Positions 24,801 to 38,958 of a stretch of DNA of 64,000 nucleotides are shown here, one piece after another. The position numbers and the translations under genes are program-made. The stretch lies in contig NEEC01000002.1 in NCBI GenBank assembly GCA_002189035.1, positions 186,001 to 250,000 on the forward strand, written 5' to 3'. The notes under the pieces were generated by a model. It did not search any database. It had not been told where the DNA came from and was given only the letters and a program-made list of their open reading frames with translations. Position 1 is the first letter of the stretch; each line of letters starts with the position of its first letter. This DNA is from Utricularia gibba. Taxonomy: Eukaryota > Plantae > Magnoliophyta.

Positions 24801-26494
24801 TTCATTATTCTCCTCCTTACTTTTGCTGCTGTAGCATATGCTCTTCATCAGAGGAAAACAGCACGAAGAGCTCTGGAGAAAAGCAATCCATTTGGTAAGT
24901 GTTGGATAGGAAAGGATTAGGCATATTGGAAGCTAAAACTAGAAAGTAGGAATATCTACTGTAAACATAAAAAGGTAACATGTTTCTTTCAATGAACTTT
25001 GAAATGAATGCAGCTGGTTGGAAGTTCGACAGTGAAAATGGTTCAGTTCCTCACCTTCACGGAGCAAAATGTTTTTCATTTGAAGATATGAGGAAATGCA
25101 CAGAAAACTTTTCCGAGTCAAATTGCATCGGTTCAGGAGGATATGGAAAGGTTGAGATGAAATCTCATTTACTGTGTTTGTTCTGGTTAGGCTAAGGGTG
25201 GACAACAAGAGAGAGAATGCAGTAGTGAAGTAGTTCAAAATCTGGCTCTGTTTCTTCTTCTTCTTTTTTTTTTCTTTACCATGAGTTGACTTGGTTGGAA
25301 CGATTTGTTTGTTAGCTTTCATGGGTGGAAAATGTTACCAATGCCTGTGCTTCTCCAAATTTATTTCATGCATTCTTCTTGGAACAGGTTTACAAGGGAA
25401 CTACTACTTCTGAGCAAGTCGTTGCAATAAAGCGAGCAGAGAAGAGTTCAATGCAGGGGGTTCATGAATTCAAAACAGAGATTGAACTTTTGTCTAGAAT
25501 TCATCATAAGAATGTGGTAAGCCTGGTCGGCTTCTGTTATGATCAAGGGGAGCAAATGCTGGTTTACGAGTACATTTCTAATGGTACACTTAAAGACTGT
25601 CTCTCTGGTAATCAAAAGACTGTATTCCAAGAACTCAGTATCATTTTTCACTGCTATTAGTGGTGATGCATCTTCAATGCTCTCTCCAGGGAAATCAGGG
25701 AATCATTTGGATTGGACTACGAGAATGAGAGTCGCCCTAGGTGCAGCTAGAGGTCTGTCGTACCTACATGAACTTGCAAATCCCCCCATCATTCACAGGG
25801 ACGTGAAATCGACAAATATCTTGCTTGACAATAACCTGATTGCCAAAGTTGCTGACTTTGGCCTATCAAAGCTTGTGGGTGACACTGGTAAAGGCTACAT
25901 CACAACACAAGTCAAAGGGACCCTGGTAAGCAATGCGAGAGCTACAAAAACATGCTCAGTATCCTATCTGATTGTGTTCAAGATATATAGGTCGGTGGAT
26001 GGTGCATCTGAGTTTGATTTACTCCTCCCTCTGCCATTGTAGGGATACATGGACCCTGAATACTTCATGACCCAGCAGCTGACCGAGAAAAGCGATGTCT
26101 ACAGCTTCGGGATCGTCCTACTGGAGTTGGTCACTGCCAGAGCACCGATCCAACATGGAACACATATCGTGAAATGGGTCCAAGATGCAGTGGCACAGTC
26201 GAGCGAATCCCGAATCATTGATCCCCAGCTGGGGTCTTCGGGAATCTGGCAGGCCTCCGTGAACTCATCGACCTGGCCATGGCTTGCGTCAGAGAGACAT
26301 CCTCTGAGCGGCCAGCGATGAGGGATGTGGTGAGAACAATCGAAAACATCATGGAGATGACGGATTCCGGTGAGGCGATGAATCCCGTCCACTCGTCCTC
26401 CAGCCTTGGAGAAACTACAGGCTCCAGTCCTCTTTTTTCTAGTCTCGGTGACGGGTTGAACGTCAGCTATGGTTCTTTCCATTTCACCTCATAG
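21823..26494 (+). CDS. LRR receptor-like kinase, LRR-VIII-1 (HPCA1/CARD1-like)
   Basis: Signal peptide [13 protein letters not shown]...TNSDD, LRR cap [16 protein letters not shown], a series of short LRR exons, a Cys-rich juxta-LRR segment, a TM helix, and a kinase with [26 protein letters not shown] and GYMDPEY. There is an apparent frameshift at 26240-26244. Confidence 0.9.
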
Positions 26495-26912
26495 GCAATG
26501 ATGCAACCCTCCCTTGTAGTAGAGTACCTCTGATTGTAATCAACCCTGAAATTGTTTCGAAAGAAAACATGAATAAAATTTTAAAAAATAAAACAATTCT
26601 CTCCAACAGGCTGATTTTTTAAAAAATACAAGGTAATAAAATAGAGAAATTATTGTAAAATGAAAAGGTCAAATATATTTGAAACAATTTTTATTTTTAG
26701 AAAACCGTATTTTTAATTTAAATAAATATACTTGACGATAAAGATATTCTGGGTCGCGCCACTGTGGGTTTGTAAGCCGCGGCCCAGGTTTTCTTTTCGA
26801 TGGCCCATTCTGCCCAATCATCTATGCAAAATCCGTTAATCTGAAAGACGAAGAGGATCGATCTGCTGTCTGAGTTTAAGGATCGGAGGAAGAAGAGAAG
26901 CCTTCAGCGTCA

Positions 26913-27131
26913 ATGGCGAAGCAGCTGGGGTCTACCGGGGAGTTCTTCAGGCGGCGAGACGAGTGGAGGAAGCACCCAATGCTTACCAAGCAGTGGCGCC
27001 ACGCCTTCCCGGGACTCGGCATCGGACTTGCTGCGTTCGGCGTTTACCTTATCGGTGAAGTCGCGTACAACAAGATCTACGCCCCCAAGGATCATTCTCA
27101 CTCCCATTCCCCAGCGCCTTCTTCTCACTGA
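26913..27131 (+). CDS. NDUFB3: NADH dehydrogenase (complex I) subunit B12/NDUFB3
   Basis: MAKQLGSTGEFFRRRDEWRKHPML...AFPGLGIG matches the plant B12 subunit and ends in a His-rich tail. Confidence 0.93.
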   Translation: MAKQLGSTGEFFRRRDEWRKHPMLTKQWRHAFPGLGIGLAAFGVYLIGEVAYNKIYAPKDHSHSHSPAPSSH

Positions 27132-28771
27132 ACCCTTCCAGTGATTATCGTCGTCTGAACTAGGTGCGGGCTCACAATCCGGGTTTCCCCTCTTAGTTCG
27201 TGTAATACGTTCGTTTCAATTCCATGGTTTTTCTCATTTTTATTATAGATGATATATTGGATCGTGCTTTTCAATTGAGATCAGCTTTGCTTGTTGGCCC
27301 CCGATTAGGGTTATTACGCGATTATGGCCGATTTAGGGATTTGATCTCATTTCGATTAATTAGTGAAACTCTAGTCGTGTTTAATGCATTCTGAAGGAAT
27401 TTGTGTTTCCAATTATGTGAGCTTTACCGTGAATAAATAGCACTTCCTCGTTGGAAGGGATAGCTTGGTTTCATCTACAACAAACTTGGACTGGATGATG
27501 CACTCATCATAGTTACAAGGATTCATTTTTCCCGCTTTCATTCGTTTGATCGTGAACTGACATCCTTTTTCCAATGATATTCTCCGGTCATCACAAATAT
27601 GGGCTTTCTAAGTCCTTGTTTCCTGTGCCATTTATTCAATGAATGATACTGCTGTTCCTAGATCGACAGCATGGAAGGCGAATATTTATTTTTGAAAGAT
27701 GACTCTTTTGGTCTGTTGAATGGTAACTGGTTGCAAGCTCATTATATGATGTCTTTGACTTTACTTCGATTCTCAGAATTTTGATAGGTGCAAGCTGATA
27801 TCCTGATGCATTCCCTTTTCCTTCTTTCATGTAACATCACTGTGTATTTTAGAAAAAATATTTTGACTCTCCATGGAAAGATCTCAGGTTTCATATCTAT
27901 GAAATACATGTTACTTGTCTAAGTAGAAATTTGTTGGGCATGAATCAGTAAAATACCAGTAGAAAGGTTGCCACAGATCAAGCTGAAAATTCTTGTACCT
28001 TGCCAATTTGTGCTTTACTGTGTTTTGACCTGAATTCAGATGCTGCATTGATGCCTCTCTCACATGGTGTGTATTTTCTGCTAATCTCATAGATTCTCTG
28101 TGGTCGTGGAGAGGGAGAAACTGTTTACATTTTAGTTCTAGAGACTGAATACCTTCGAGCCGCACACTGACTTATGCATTGTCTTGTATTCATTTCCAGT
28201 AATGCCGCAGTTCTCCTTTGAGGGCTATGGAGATGGTGCAATGATCAAGCCTTGGTGTGTCGAGGTTCTGCTGAATAATTCACCCTTTGTACTTGTGTGG
28301 TGACATCACAATCTAGTCACCGGTTTTCACGCACTTCTTCGTGTATACAATTTCAGTATGCTTCAAAGTCTTCAGGGTGTGAAGTTAACTTTGTGCACGT
28401 GCACATTAAACATGGAACTGAAAATTAAAATGGAACCAAGAAAACGGAATTGGGGAATTTTGACGATGCATTTTGCTGTTTTATGTTTATTTTAACTGTT
28501 CGCACGTGTTATTTTTTATAAAAGAAAATAGAAATTATTAATGGAAAATAAATGATGTTTCCATAGAAGTTTTTTGAACCACCCGAATCCGGTTGACCCG
28601 GTGAGGGTTCGGTTCCTGGTCGTGGTCCGAGTCCGACCGAGATTGAAAACACTGGCTTCAACTTGAAGGGTAAACACAAGCATATTGGGGCCTTGGGGGT
28701 CGTCTGGTCGATTTTTGGAATTGCTCCTCGACTGTCACTCGCCAACTACGAAGCGCTTGAGGTCTGCGGAA

Positions 28772-31700
28772 ATGGGGGAACCTGAGGCTCTGGGAACTGC
28801 TATTGAGCCCGAAGAAGAAGATGCGCACGGCACAAACGCAGATGAAAAAATGGAGGAAGTTCAGACCTCTGGTTCCGTAACGGAATCCAACTCCGCCACG
28901 GATTCTGATTCTGATTCTGATGATGAAAATGAAACCAAGGACCAGATTAAAGCGCTAGAAGCGGAGCTCCATAATAATTCCCTCAACTATGAAACCCATG
29001 TTCAAGTTAGTGAATTTTACGTTTTCTTTTTTCATGGATTTTGTATCCATTCCTTTAGAATCCGTTAATCTTTTTATATGATGTTTAATTATAGAGTTGT
29101 TCATCTGCTGAAACCAAATGACGAATTGGTTCAGTTTTTTTTTTTTTTTTTTTTCTTTCGGGATTTAGTAGTAAGTTCCAGTGATACTGGTTGTGAGGGT
29201 CAGAGTTGAAAAGAAACTCCTGGTGTTCCATTTTTTCTACGTTCCATCCATGAACTTTTAAGGTGTGTGGAAAAATTATTACGTGAAGGGAAGTTATCTT
29301 GAGACCATTAAAGTTCTCTACCCTACGGTTATGTTGTAGACTTCTCGTAGAACCACTTCTGAATTGTCATGATTTTTGCTGTTCAAATATTGCCTTTGTA
29401 TTACTTCCTGGCTTTAGACTTGTTTTTATTTTGAATTTGAAGTATATCAAAGCTCTGCGGAAGCATGGTGACATTGAGAAGCTGAGAATAGAAAGGGAAT
29501 CAATGAGTTCACTGTTTCCACTGAGTCCTGAAATGTGGCAGGAATGGGCCAAAGATGAGGTTACCATTAGAACTGGGTACACTCCTTTCTGAGTCGTTGG
29601 TGTATTTATTTGTGTTTTGTATTTGAAATTTGTATCTGCAGCAAGCATTACACTTGTCAGTTGGTGTCGTGCTTTTTTCTAGAAATTGTGTAATCTATTA
29701 GGAGCATGATCACTATCAACATATGTTTATGTTATGTTTCGGCTACCATGGTGGAGACCCATGCAACATGTGTTTTACGGCTCATATGCTTTGCAGCAGT
29801 GAAGAAATCACAGAAGTTGAAAGCATATATGAGAGAGGGGTTACTGATTACCTGGTTGGTCCTCTAATCAATTCGATGACTAAATAAAGTTCTTTATACT
29901 TTGTTTTCTTTATCATGAATGGCTTCTGGGCTTACACGTTTTTGAGTGCAGTCAGTGTCCCTGTGGTGTGACTATTTAAATTTCGTCCAAGAATACGATC
30001 CATGTGTACGTGAATGCTCCGCTGCTGGTATTTCAAAGGCAAGGAATCTCTTTGAGCGCGCTCTTACTGCTGCAGGGCTACATGTTACTGAAGGCCACAA
30101 AGTATGGGAAATGTACAGGGAATTTGAACAAGCAATCTTTCTGACCATTCCAGAAATCGATCACCAGGTGAGGACTGCAGGTTTCTCATTAACCAGTCTG
30201 TGTTACACCTGGGTATTATGAATGTGCTGAGATGGTTTCTCGATGCATGCAGAAGGGTATTTTGAATTTCTTACATGTTAGGCTACACTTTCAATTCAAT
30301 GAGACTGAATGCCAGCATATTTTTTTCAGGCAAAAGAAAAGCAAATACAGCGCATTCGCAATTTATTCCACCGTCAGTTTTCTGTCCCAATTGCTGAATT
30401 AGAATCTAGTCTTCTTGCCTACAAAGCATGGGAAACCAATATTGAAGGTTCTGCTGATTCCAGTGGTAGAGATTTGGGCGCGGTCTCCGCGCATGTTATG
30501 TCTGGATACCAAAAAGCACTGAATATGTATAATGCCCGTGCCCATTTTGAAGAACTAATCTCAAGGGAGGATCCTGACTCTGAAAAATTTTTAAGTTTCA
30601 TGGTAATACAAAGCATCATTTTTTTTTTTTTTTCTCATCTATGGGAAACTCCATTATAAAGGAAGAAACCCGATAGTTAAATAGTTAAAAGAAACATGAA
30701 GATCATGAAAACTTCAGAGAATATTAATTGGTCAGCAGGGCTGAAATCAGTTCGTGAAAGTGTAGTGTCTAGTGCTTATATAAACATGAAGGATTTTTTG
30801 TAATGTGGGGAAATTCGAACTCGTGTCTGTGCAGACATACTTGAAGTTTGAGCATTCATTTGGAGATCCTGCACGAATACAGATTTTGTATGAACGTGCA
30901 ATATCCAAGTTTCCTGTATCTGCTGATCTTTGGGTTGAGTACACACAGTACCTGGATAAGACGTTCAAGGTTTTCTTTACTTCTTGTTTGTACTTTGGGT
31001 TTTTATCACAGTCAGATACTCAAATTATGATGCCCTTCTCTAGATTGCCAGAATTGTGAGGGAGACTTATCACAGAGCGACAAGGAACTGTCCCTGGTTG
31101 GGAGATTTGTGGGTTCGCTATCTACTTTCACTTGAGCGGAGTCGGTGTTCTGAGGAAGAAATTTCAACTGTATGTTGCTTGAAGACTTTGGTCTTATATA
31201 ATCTTTGAATTTCTCTTGGCCCTCACATGTTTTCATTAGTGCAGGTATTTGAGAGAGCGTTGCAATGCACTTTCTCAACCTATGAGGAGGTACGTTGCTG
31301 AATTTACTGTTTACGTCACTTATCAATAGTATTTTAACCAAAGTTATGTTCATGATCTAATGTACTTTAAAAGTATGCTGTTTGTTGTGGTACCTAATAG
31401 ATTAAGACACATTAACTTAAGAAGTCACCGTCAGGTCGCTTGATCCTTTTACTCATGCTAAGTTGGCTGGCTTTTCATCGTAATGCTTTCTAGTAGTAAA
31501 AATAGTTTTCATGGCACGAGAAGCATATTCATCACCATTATCAGTTGTTTCTGAAGGAAAAAATGTTTTTTTAATAAGAGAATCTGCGACACACTAATGA
31601 TAATTTTCTATTGTGTTTTTTTGAAGAAAACAATTGAACTTATTCTTGTTTTTTTTTCATTTTCAGTATCTAAACGTATTTCTGACCAGAATAGATGGGC

Positions 31701-34252
31701 TGAGACGGAGAATGTCTTCATCTGTGCAAGTAGAGGACGGCTTTAGTTATTCTTCCATCAGGGATGTATTTCAGGTACACCCTGCATTTTCTATACAATT
31801 CCATTCTTCAGCAAGGTGTTGTACCCTGTTTTTTTGTAGTAACTTTCTGAAGTCACTGTCATGATAGTATGACCATCAGCATTATTCCTCCAACGTTGGG
31901 GATACAATTTTCAGGCTGACCTCTTACCATATCTTTATTCTGTTAAAAAAACCACTGAGATCATGAAATATAATAGGCCTTTTTTTTTTTTTTACTTCGC
32001 TGCTTAGAATCATTCACCTGTTTGTGCTGGGTGCAGATATTTTTTAGATCCCGATAATTTCTATGAGCTAGATATTGTTATTGGAAATCTTCATGATTCG
32101 TGCTACTTGACCTTTTATTATGATGACCTGTATAAGAAACATGTTTGATGGGTTTCAGCGTGCATCAGATTACTTGGCACCAAATCTCAATGATGCAGAG
32201 AGTTTTCTTCGCTTACATGGTTACTGGTCACGTTTGGAGATAAAATTGGGAAGAGATTTGATAGCAGCTCGTGGTGTCTGGGAGAGCCTGCTTAAGATTA
32301 GGTTGCCACTCATCTTTACCTTGTACTTTTGTCGAATGAGTTATTGATTTTTTTATATAAAGGAGAAATTATGACTAATGATAGTTTATTTTTTAGTGGT
32401 ACCATTCTGGAAGTTTGGCAAGGGTACATTTCAATGGAGATTGAATCAGGTCATATAAATGAAGCGAGATCTCTCTACAAGAGATGCTACACTAGGAAAT
32501 TCATTGGCACAGGCTCTGAGGTACTGTTGAGGAATTCCAAGTATTTCTGAATTTATTTCTTTCTGCCGTTTGGTTATTTCGTGTTTAATTATAGGGATCA
32601 TATGATACTTTTATATTCTAATTACTCAAATCATTCAGGACATCTGCCATTCATGGGTGAGATTCGAGAGGGAGTATGGCTCGCTTGATGATTTTGATGT
32701 TGCTGTTCAAAAGGTCAGTTCCAATAGTGGAGTACACAATGCATGACCTTTCATATTAAGTTTCTCATTCAGTTTAGCAACCATTGAAATAACTTCACAC
32801 TGGACAATCTCATTTTATTAAATCTTCTGGTACTCATATTGGTTGAAAATTAGTTTTCATGCAAAGTTTAAAGTGTATTTCAGTTTGACAGCTTGAATTT
32901 CGGCTGTCCCATAGCATTTTGTTTTCGTTTTGGCTTGGTCTTAGTATCCCCCATGGCCCGCTTTTGTAGGTGACCCCTCGTTTGCAGGAGCTGCAGCTAT
33001 TGAGGTTGCAGCAGGAGAGCAAGAATATTTCTGCCGCCTCAAATGAAAGAAGTAACTCCTCTAAAGTTAATGTTCCTGAAAAGAGAAAACCAGCCCCAGA
33101 TTCCCTTGGTACAGATCCTGCAAGTAAACGCAGGAAGACTACACCTGAAAAATTGAAGGAAATAAAAGAAAATGATCGACAAGGAGCACAGTCAGCTGAA
33201 GCTAGGAACGCTTCTGAGTTAGATGTCAATAAAATAGAGGCTAGTAGCACTCATGAAGTGAAGGAGAACTCCCCGAAAAAGTTTGTAAGATTCAACGATG
33301 ATTGCACAGCTTTCGTTTCTAATCTTAATTTCAAGGTATGTTCTTTTTTCCCTCAATGTTTTGTCTGGTTTTGGTTCCTATATCCTGCATAGTGTCGCCT
33401 AGTTTATATATGAAGTTCAATTTATGCAGACGAGTGATGATGATCTTTATAGTTTCTTTGCTGATGTTGGTGGTGTTGTGGCTGTCAGAATCCTGAAGGA
33501 CAAATTCACCAGAAAATCTCGGGTAAGATGCGACATATGGCTGATAATTGCGCATAACATCTCCTGATGGTTTCACTCATCTGGCTTGTAGAATGCAGCT
33601 TAATTGTAATGCTCTAGCTTGCGTTGTAGTACTACTACTCATAAAAGTTATAACCTTTGGAATCCTCATGCACATGAATGTCTCTTAGGTTAAACAAGTT
33701 CAGGACCATTATATTTCCTCTTGCCCCTGAACTGTTTCAAGCATTGTGTGATCTATCGATGCTGTTCTTTTAATATTGAGCTTTTTTCTGTTAAGGGGCT
33801 GGCGTATGTCGATTTCTCAGACAATGAGCACCTCGCTGCCGCGCTGGAGAAGAACAAGCAAAGTTTGCTGGGCAAGAGATTAAGTGTACTGAAGTCCGAC
33901 CCGCAACAAGGTAGCAAGAAGAAAGCTGGTGATCGTGGAGGTAGACCTGAATGAGTTTATTTCACACTCCCTTTTAGAAGCATCGAGTGACTGACCCCAA
34001 GTAAAAAATGCAGGAAAAATGGATACAAAGGTGGCTCAGAAGGGCAGAAGAGAACCCCTTACAGAAACTCAGCCAAGTTCTGACGTCCAGCTGAAGGGGA
34101 AAACCACCTTTGCCGTCCCCAGAAGTGTGAAACCACTCGGTTGGAGCAGCCCTGCTACGAGTTCGAATCCTGCGCAGGAAGCACAGGAAGAGGGAGCAAA
34201 ATCAAATGAAGAATTCAGAAATATGTTCTTGAAAAAGACCAGCCCCTCTTAA
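28772..34252 (+). CDS. SART3: SART3/Prp24-like U4/U6 snRNP recycling factor (HAT repeats plus RRM)
   Basis: Acidic N-terminus, HAT-repeat exons (LSPEMWQEWAKDE, ARNLFERAL, ARIQILYERA), an RRM (AFVSNL...GLAYVDF) and a C-terminal Lsm-interaction motif KSNEEFRNMFL. Many exons; not every junction was verified. Confidence 0.9.
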
Positions 34253-37235
34253 CTAACCCAAGTTCAGGTTTCAGTTCGTTGTTGGGCTCATCCCTGACAC
34301 TACTTATCTACTGAAGACAAGATTTTGAGCAGGATTTCGCGAGCAGTTGTCAAGGCTTTTTTTACTTTTATTTTAATTTCCTCTCTCCCATAAACACTAC
34401 ACATGAGAATCTCTTAAAATTACCAAAAAGCAACTGGAGTGTGGCCATGCACCATTTATCTTTACAAATTCAAGATATAGGGATGGGCTGTTGGAAGCCC
34501 AAATGCTGTCTGCCATCGCATCGTCTCCGACTGGATGAAGTGGTGGAGTTCTCAGGTTCAATTCACAGAAGGGTGCAAAGATGCAGTGATATTATTAAAG
34601 CGGGACAGACGACTGTTGGATTCAAAATGATAAAGAAGAAGAATATTCACGAGACTGAAAACCAAAGGAAAGCAGTAGAATGATTCAAAGCGGACTTGAC
34701 TTTCCCACTCTTATCTACAGGAAAAAAGCACCCGCCCAAAGCAGACTGGAGGATTGATGGGTTTGGTTGTATTTGTGTAACAACCAAAAGCAGAGATATT
34801 CTTTTCATGTTACGTGTGCCTTCGCTCCCACTCCAGGCCCTTTACAGGCTTACACACATACCATCGCATCCTATTCTTCCCTCCTTTGAACAAGGCTTCG
34901 CACCGGCACCGGCACCGGCACCGGATGGATGTTTGTCTACCCACTTCAACATTAAACTGAACATAAAAGGTTGTAGGGTATGCACTTGTATTTAATAACC
35001 TCAACCGCTTGCAAAAGACTCGTTTTTTTTTTTTTTTTGTTGGGGTAAGAAAAAAAAACTAAGTCGAAGGTATTTGGAATGGGGGGTGGGGAATTGATAG
35101 AATGGAGGGTCACGAGAGAGGACGCGCAATTATGTGCCCCAATAATTTCACATGCATTGCACTGCATGCACGTATCGTGATATGGATTCATGGGAGCATT
35201 CATATCAAGGTTCACACTTGAAAAATAATGCACCCCGAGTACTCTTTTTGTTCGTAGTCCTCCTATCCACCACCTCACTCGCCAAACATCGAAAATGAGT
35301 CTGAATCGGTTAATCGGTAATCTATCCTTTTCTCATCGATCGCAAAAACTAAGTAACCTTGTGGGACGTGGATTGAAGCAAAACCAGAGGACCGAAGTAG
35401 GGATGAGGGTGTACGAACACCATCGGTTTCACCATACCATGCCCGGATAGTAAAACACAGTCTTTTAACTTTCGCCACCCCAACCCATCAAGTTATTTCC
35501 CTGTTCATTCCTCGATATCCGCAGCATTCCTGGTATTATGTATCATGTTGCACAACACGTAGTCCTATTCTCGTGGTTTTTTTTTCTTCTTTTACAGAGG
35601 GCTTCATAACATTCTCCATGGATTATTGATTTGTGTCAGCCCCTCGCCAGTGCATGCTTCGTCTACTACATCTGAGACAACGAATATGTTTGGATTCATA
35701 GTAAGGAAGGCCAAGTCTTGTATGTTGTTTGGTACACCAACACCAGCTCATCAAGCCCCAAATTGTCTATGCTTACGACGAAGGCGGTTTTTAGAATACT
35801 AACCACCCTTCAATCCGTATTTTGTTGTTGTAGGCTGGCTGGCTATTCTTTTGAGCGTCCACATGGGCGGTGGTATATTCAGAGGAGATGGAATGGAAGG
35901 AATGGAATACTTCCTTTTTCCCAGAGGTCAACAACCGCTTTGCGCTGCTCTCTTTAATCTCTCGGTTCACGGAAACACTGCTGCAACTTGTCCATTTGTC
36001 CTCCATTTCTTTGACATCCCTCCCCCGTAATTCTTTCTTTCACCGCTACCCTTTTCTACTTTTTTCACGGAGTCGGAAGAACTCATGAATTAAAAGCAAG
36101 CACAGCGTTGAACACTTGCAACTAGAAGGGGCCTCGGGCCACCCTGATCCGGTGCGGATCAACATGTTCCTTAAGTCTCTGCATCGTGTTATACAGGAGG
36201 AGTTGGATGGATCACATGGGGCGCTTGTGGTGGGTGTGGAATAAAGCAACGGGATGCGAAGCAGCAGCAGCAGACGAAGAAGAATCCCCAAAGTGGCGTG
36301 GGGGGATGGATTACTTGATGCTCAGATATTCTTGCTATCCTAATTGCTGCTTTGTATAACTGTAAAGTGTGTCCAGTGAATATACCACAACTTTGGGTCC
36401 AAAGGGCTCCCCTTTTCCTCTCTTAAATTCTCCACGCAATCCAACTGAATGGATTAAACCATGGGAGAGCCACAACCACACAACACCCTCTTTCCAACAA
36501 TCATGTGTTAAATCACATTTGAAAAAATCACGTTCAACTGTTTATTATTGATATATAGTCTATCATATACTCAATCACTTCAATATTCAGACGTGAAATT
36601 ATTTGCTTTGATACCCATTTTAAATTCGATTTGATCTTGGACTGATTAAAACTTCATTATTTTTATGATTATAGTTAGTGATTGTCATCTAAACCTAATG
36701 TATATTTTTTTTAAATCAAAACTTAAATCAATGGTCCATCTTGATCATCCAAACCATATCTCACAAGATAAACCTAAAAATTTGATGGATCAAGCGAATA
36801 CGTACAATTAATCAAATATTAGACTAAACTGATGATTAATAATATATACTCTTTTTATATAATTAATCATATCACTTGTTATGTAATCTTTTAAGATTAG
36901 AGGCATTGAGACAGAAGGTAGTTGTAATTGTAAGAAGACAACCTTAAATAGTGAGACAGTAATTGCGACCTACTCCCCCCAACTCTTTTTGTCTCTACGT
37001 GCAGCCCTACGAGTAAATGCCATAATGCAATGCTGCAATACGTTTCCAAAATAAATAAATAAAATCCCCCAATATTTTACATTTACTTGTGAAGCCACAG
37101 ATATTCCACGACAGTCACCATGATTATGGCCTATTTTTCTTGATGATTTTCGGACCGCAAAATATCAAAATATGCGCTAATTACTTTTCGGGAACACGGA
37201 CACCATTTATATGACCAAAATCTTAAATAAATATG

Positions 37236-37278
37236 AAACCCCTAAATATACCCTAAACCCTAAACCCCAAACCCCTAA
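37236..37278. repeat. Degenerate interstitial telomere-like (CCCTAAA)n tract
   Basis: aaacccctaaatataccctaaaccctaaaccccaaacccctaa, with two perfect units at 37251-37264. Confidence 0.65.
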
Positions 37279-38916
37279 GTAGTAATTACATAACTGACAA
37301 GTTGTATGAAAGAGCAGCATGTTAATGTATGCATGACATGTGTTCCGAAATGGAGGACACCATGCCCCATGGACGTGCAGCAGCAGCAGCGCATGTTACA
37401 TATCATGTATTGTATATACACATTATGTATAGTTGTGTAGGTTTCCATGCATAATTCATGTCCTTCATGGACAGAGACATGTCATGGAATGGGATCAAAT
37501 CTGCGTTGCATGGTGCCATCATCCATCCCCCTGCGCCATCCCTATTTTCATTTTTAAAAATTAAAATGGACTTTCGAGGGTACGGTTACTCGCACCAGGA
37601 AATAAAATTTATTTTCACGAAAAGAATATATTTAATTTATTTAGAAGAGGAGCAGCAGCAGCAGCAGCATGAGTCCCTTTCCTTTCTTCCTTTTTTATTT
37701 ACCAGGTGATAATTATGAAAGTGAAATATTACCATTTTATAATATATAAAATGCTTCATTCAAATTCAATATATAAATTGGGAAACATGTCTCGACACCC
37801 GGATCCCCTTTTCATCAATATTCAAAGGAAACCGGGTTGCCCCACGCCCCGGTTCAACCTTCCCATTTCTTTTTTTTTTATTTTTTGTTTTTTAATAATC
37901 CTAACCAACCCTCAACCAGAAGTTCAGTTAGTTGTTTTCAGATGACAACTAGGGTGGGATAGGACTCCTCACAGAATAAATAAATAAATAAAATGTTTAT
38001 AACTACTTTATTTATTTATTCCTCACTTCCATCGATCGAAATCATAGTCTAGTAGTCAAATATCATTGTTGTTGTAGTTGTCACACTTCATTTTTCAAGT
38101 ATTAGAAATTTGATCACTTTATGATATGTGCGTGAAAAAACTTATTATCTTACATATAAATTTGTTTGTATTGATCCATAATTTTACAATTATTGAAATT
38201 AAAAATCCGATATGTACAAACTAAATTCAAGTACGTAATAAATATTGATCATATTAGAAAATATTAAATTTAATCAATTAATAGTAATTTATAATTCTTA
38301 TTTTAATTTCAAATTTTAATGTGAAATTATTTGTTTTATGCATATAAAATAATAATGATGAAGATGATGCTCAGTTTGAATGGGTATGTTGCAAATGGGT
38401 GGGAAGTAAACAAAAGGCACCGTTTCATTAAATAACAATAATCAATTTTATTGGTAAGTTACGTGCATGTGTTATCAGCCCCCAGGCCCGTCGAACTATA
38501 AAAACAGTACAGTACTCCCCCCGCTGGAATCTAAATTATACTCTTTTTTAAATTTAAAAAAAAAAAAGAGATTGTTTTCTGCTGTGAATAAAAAATTGAC
38601 TACGTGGGATGGTAACTAAAAAAAATTACTTTTACCTCCACTCGAGTTCATTCCTTTTCCTCTTTTTTTTTTTTTTGTTGTCTGACATACTCACTGTGGA
38701 ATTTGTCCTTGACTATTTTGATGCTCTGCTTCTTCCTGTAAATATGGTGATGGTAATTGGAAGCAAAGGATTTCCCCACGTTATTTATTTATTTTTTATT
38801 CTCTTTCTAATTTGTTGTTTGTGTCTAAGAAAATGCCCCCTTTTTTTTCTTCCTTCATCAACTCTTTTATTTGCGTCTCTGTTGTCTCATAAACCGCATG
38901 CTTAGAGGTGTCTCAT

Positions 38917-38917
<1 letters not shown>

Positions 38918-38955
<38 letters not shown>
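38918..38955 (+). repeat. (CT)19 microsatellite / GA-element upstream of the ZF-HD gene
   Basis: Perfect CT run read directly. Confidence 0.9.

Positions 38956-38958
<3 letters not shown>

Noticed and set aside
35880-36030. Purine-rich/pyrimidine-rich pair resembling a miR482-type hairpin
   Set aside because: Manual pairing of the arms is poor and there is no match to a mature miRNA I recall.
36046-36291. ORF resembling a signal peptide plus Cys-rich peptide
   Set aside because: It starts at TTG, the Leu run comes from a CTG microsatellite, and it has no known peptide-family motif.
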